Positions 10,570 to 14,301 of a stretch of 14,301 nt of DNA are shown piece by piece. The DNA lies in the NCBI GenBank assembly GCA_024704765.1, contig JAKMXF010000052.1, forward strand, positions 32,485 through 46,785, written 5' to 3'. The notes below the pieces were generated by a model. That model saw nothing but the letters and a program-made list of their open reading frames with translations, did not search any database and was not told the DNA's origin. The first letter of the stretch is position 1; each line of letters opens with the position of its first letter. The translations under genes and the position numbers were made by a program. Source of the stretch: Oopsacas minuta (lineage: Eukaryota; Animalia; Porifera).

Positions 10570-10942
10570 CACAGTAGTTTGATAGGGCAGTTAGTAAAGA
10601 ATAGCTATTTGGTGTGAGATAACAATGTGAATGTACTATTTACATATAGATTATTAAATATAAGGAACCAATACATCTTGTCATAACAAGTATATGGCCT
10701 AAAATTTCCAAGTTATGATGTCATTGACATATGTGAAACTTTAAATTTTCTTCAGTAAATACATTTTACTCGACTTTATTGCCATAAAATCTATTAATTA
10801 CAAATGGGTTATCCGTATTTGGCAATCACCTTAAACTTAGCACTTTGGTTCTAGGGCTTGTATTTATAGAGTTATGAGGTCATACTTATGATGGAATTTA
10901 TCTTATTGATTTACAAAATATACACTATATTCATACTTAAGT

Positions 10943-13056
10943 TCATGATAGGCAATCTGTATTGGAGGTTAAAGTCGTGAATAAAGTTTGTATACTAGTT
11001 TTCTGATTGTTCATAGCATTGCAGCATTTAGATCTCGTTGTGTGTCCAGATTGACCACATCGTTCACAAGTCAAAATTGTTCGATAGTTTACTAAGGTTG
11101 GGTAACTTTGAGAGGTTAATCTGACGAAGATATCCATAATATTGGTCTCAAAACTAACTTTACGAGCTAAATTCTCCCGATATTTTCTAACTGATTTGGT
11201 GCATGATTCTTTGCCTTCTGCTAAAAATGCCTTTAAGCCACAGCTGGAATTCGACTCACGTATTAATTCCTCGGAATGGGCTAAGAGCTTGTGCAGGGTT
11301 GGAGTCATGCTAGCCCAGGGGAAAGAATCTAAGATTACAAGGTAGGTATCCTTACACAATTTTCCCAATTCCAAAATGTTAGCCTTGTGACTTGAATTGA
11401 ATACCCGAAGAATGGCTGAAAGCTGAGTATGTATCTTTGATAAGATTAGGCGATATTGTATTGCTACAGTTGATAGAATGCATTCAAGGTATTCAGTTTC
11501 ATCAGAAAAGGCTCTTCTAGCAACATTCCCTGTTGAGGTGGTTCCACCGCTAGAATTAGGCTGGTCAACCTTTAATCCTGTCTTCTCCTGAATAAATGTT
11601 TGAAGGAATTTCATTGACTCCTTGATAACTGGTGAAGTTGGGGACCAGGTAAACTTTTCGATGCGTAGATGATATACCAGCAAATTAAACCACCTAAAAT
11701 TGGTTTAATTGTGTGAAGATAAATTCTCAATGATCAATGGAGTGCTAGATTACTTACCTAAATACGCCTGTGTAAGAATGAAGCTGAGATGCTGGATGCA
11801 TGTTAATCTCTGAAATTGGTTGATGAGTTAACTTGAAGCGTTCATTAGTCGAAAGAGCAAAGAACGACTCAATGTCATCAATTTGTGTAAATAACTCGAT
11901 TGCATCTGTGATATTTCTGTTGATGGGGAACCTTTCAAGAACTTAATTCCGGTCCTTCAGATCTTTATACGTGGAAGTGCACATCTGACAACTGGCTCCT
12001 CCAGCTCCAGAGAGAATGGCTGCCATCTTCCCATCAAACATTGAGCGATAATATCGACATTGACAACACCATTTTCTAAAGGAATCCCATTTTGCAACAT
12101 CGCTGTATCGGGATTAATCATAGTTTCCATGAAGGTACGAATATTTTCTTCGCATTCTGTCGCAGCGCAGAGAAAATAGGTCTTTGAGAGAAGTGTGGAT
12201 TAGGGGATTTATTCTGCCAAACAATCCTGTTAGTTACAGTGTGGATGGAGATGGGCTTGAAACCAAACAGAATGAAGGTTTGGTGAAAGTATTAGTTGTC
12301 TGCTGGTTGTAGATAGTGTGACAACCAGAACCATCTAAGCCATCTGCGATTTTAAATGTGAGCGGGAATTCTTCACTTGTGGGCGATCTACCATTGAGAA
12401 TATTCTTTCCAGGGTTTTCTGAACTTGAAGACAATATGGTGCGTGTGTGCCTATTGGTTTACCTGGATTAGGATACAAAGTTATACTGGAACGCGAAATC
12501 ATGACATCTCTCAGATTAGCAAACTTACTGTAAGATGGGAATCTATATTGTCTGGTAGAAGTGTGTGACGTAGTTGAGTGTATTTTCGTCTGCCCACTTG
12601 AAGTAAATCCAGTAGGAATAAGGCTTTATCAACTGGAACATGCTTGTTACTGAGGTTACAGAATCTTCCACTGACAATAATCTCTTTGGCTACCGTAGCA
12701 ACCTGACAATCATTCTCCTCATTTGTTCAATAGTTGTAATGAGAGTGTTGCAATGCTCATTTCTGTAGTACTCAATAATTGAGAGTGACTAAATGCATTT
12801 CTAGCAGACTTGATAATCGAATACGCTATTGTTGCAGAGATAGATCATCAAGATGCTTTCTATGACTAACTGAATGAATGGGAACTTCACCATCATCAGA
12901 AGACGACTCTAGTACATCACAAACATGATTTTTCTTTAACTCAGGTTTCTTGGGAATGTTAGAATGCCGCCATTCTCCTTCTAAACAATCTAAAGATCTC
13001 TTCGCCTTCTTGAATCTGTCACGAATTCTTAACAGCAACGTTTCCAAGAGTTTCAT
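10943..13056 (-). pseudogene. Transib/RAG1-core-like transposase pseudogene
   Basis: Motifs GLDGSG (first D), WQNKSP...RPIF, MFDGKM (second D), SCQMC and LHKLLAH (zinc ligands), GNVARRAF, AEGKES (catalytic E) and a C-terminal CERCGQSGHTTRSKCC. Multiple stops and frameshifts upstream of the open frame 10943-11683. The true start may lie further upstream. Confidence 0.9.
11694..11757 (-). other. 64-nt spliceosomal intron in the Transib B transposase gene
   Basis: AG|GTAAGT...ATTTTAG|G. Removal fuses LHSYTGVF-R-WFNLLVYHL in frame, resembling the Transib LH.W.R.F..LL motif. Confidence 0.8.
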
Positions 13057-13506
13057 ATAATCAGTCTATTTCAAAGTGTTCTTTGAAATATTTCGTCGTT
13101 TTTAAGACACAATTAATATTGTCTTTCAGGATTCTGACCTATTCGAGGAGGGACTTTGGAAAAGTTAACTCTTGTGTCATTATTTTCAAGAAATTCCGAA
13201 AAATATGTTGTATTATTCAGTAGATTATATATATAAGTCACTATAATAAATTTCAAGAAAGAAATTCAATACTATTTCATTCCATTGTTGCAGTATGCTA
13301 AAATGGGAATTTCCTAGCAACGAAAAGTTGTAATTGAATGTCAATGAAAATTATTGGCTGCGCACTATTTCGGGTTTTGTAGCTTTAGATTATGTTTTTA
13401 GGAATCGTAACGCGTGTATCCGATTCATTTTGCGCTGTTGCTTTGTGCTGTTTATTTTTCCTGACACTTTAAGTATTCCTCTTTGTAAAATTCTGCATGG
13501 ATTTTA

Positions 13507-14181
13507 CCGGGTGGTTCAAAAGGTTGGAAACACTATATGCATTTTCCCTTCATTCCCCCAATATTTCGATGAACATCAATGTAACATATTTAATGTCTAC
13601 TCAAAATCTAATTTTAAATATGTGCTAAGTTTAAGCATCCAGGCTCCATAGGAAGTGGTGTTTTAGGGCATCTGCTCGAGGTGCCTACCGTTTACCTACT
13701 GACATTTGCGTAGTCTCAGGATAAAATTCTGCATAACATTATGGAGAACATCTCTTTTTATGGCCCCTATCTCCTCTATGATCTTTTCCTTGAGTTGGGC
13801 AATGTTCCTGGGCTTTGATGCATAGACCCGATCCTTGAGAAACCCCCATAACAAATAATCTGAGGGACTCAAGTCTGGAGAAAGGGGTGGCCATTCGATC
13901 GCACACTTTTTACTGATAATCCGCGACTTAAAATGATCTTTCAACCACTTGATTGTGCTGTTCGACGTATGGGGAGTAGCTCCATCCTGCTGCAAATACT
14001 GCCTAGTCCTTCTTGTGCCACATGTAGGATCTAGCTCCTCCCAAAACCTCTCCAAGATTACTATGTATCGCTCATAGTTCACAGTTACAGTTATCCCATT
14101 TTCATTTTTAAAATTAGAACGGTTCAATAATTTTCTTTCCTGATAGTGCTGCCCAAACACTCACTTTTGGGGAGTGAAGTG
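13507..14181 (-). mobile_element. rosa (DD41D) element, 3' half with catalytic C-terminus
   Basis: TA followed by TIR CCGGGTGGTTCAAAAGGTTGGAAACACT. Protein reads LHSPKVSVWA...VTVN.ERY...QQDGATPH...WPPLSPDLSPSD, with 41 residues between the last two Ds. TSD AAGTG at 14177-14181. Confidence 0.92.
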
Positions 14182-14301
14182 CACAGTGGCACGGCATATG
14201 GAAATAGGTGAAAAAAATATAACCTCAAATTGCTTTATAGTGTTGATACTTGAATTCAGCACCCCCACAAACCTCGGAAAACATTTGACATCTCTACAAT
14301 A
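14182..14301 (+). mobile_element. Transib A, 5' end (runs off the window)
   Basis: CACAGTGGCACG...TGGAAATAGG mirrors the end at 1963-1998 and is preceded by the same AAGTG TSD. Confidence 0.88.

Larger units (their letters stand above)
10570..13504 (-). mobile_element. Transib B, main body and 3' end (about 3.3 kb together with 2744-3089)
   Basis: CACAGTAG terminus at 10570 preceded by the TSD TAACG; RAG1-core-like transposase inside; interrupted by rosa at the TA 13505-13506. Confidence 0.9.

Noticed and set aside
10570-13504. A true RAG1/RAG2 locus or complete RAGL transposon
   Set aside because: No RAG2-like ORF or space for one, no RING domain seen, and the frame is disrupted; Transib-like is the supportable call.
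13334-13651. Plus-strand 105-aa ORF
   Set aside because: It spans the Transib B / rosa TIR junction, so it is a chimeric chance frame.

Overview
AT-rich eukaryotic nuclear DNA, probably from an invertebrate animal; the species cannot be determined from the sequence. It is made almost entirely of decayed DNA transposons, and I found no intact host gene. A single N at 1615 separates two parts. Left of it are an unidentified region, a degenerate GATCA repeat array and a truncated maT-like Tc1/mariner element. Right of it is a four-level nest that can be rebuilt from TIRs, TSDs and reading-frame joins: Transib A inside a rosa (DD41D) element, inside Transib B (RAG1-core-like transposase with an intron), inside maT element E. 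E also carries Tc1 element D and abuts DD37E element F, next to a Crypton-like tyrosine recombinase pseudogene. Two things stand out. (1) The nest is circularly permuted: each split element has its left part at the right of the window and its right part at the left, so 1616-14301 reads like an opened circle or one unit of a tandem array. (2) Both divergent Transibs have RSS-like bipartite ends: a CACAGT(G/A) heptamer plus a second block, 10 nt away at the 5' end and 19 nt away at the 3' end. Family assignments rest on motifs read by eye; no database search was run.
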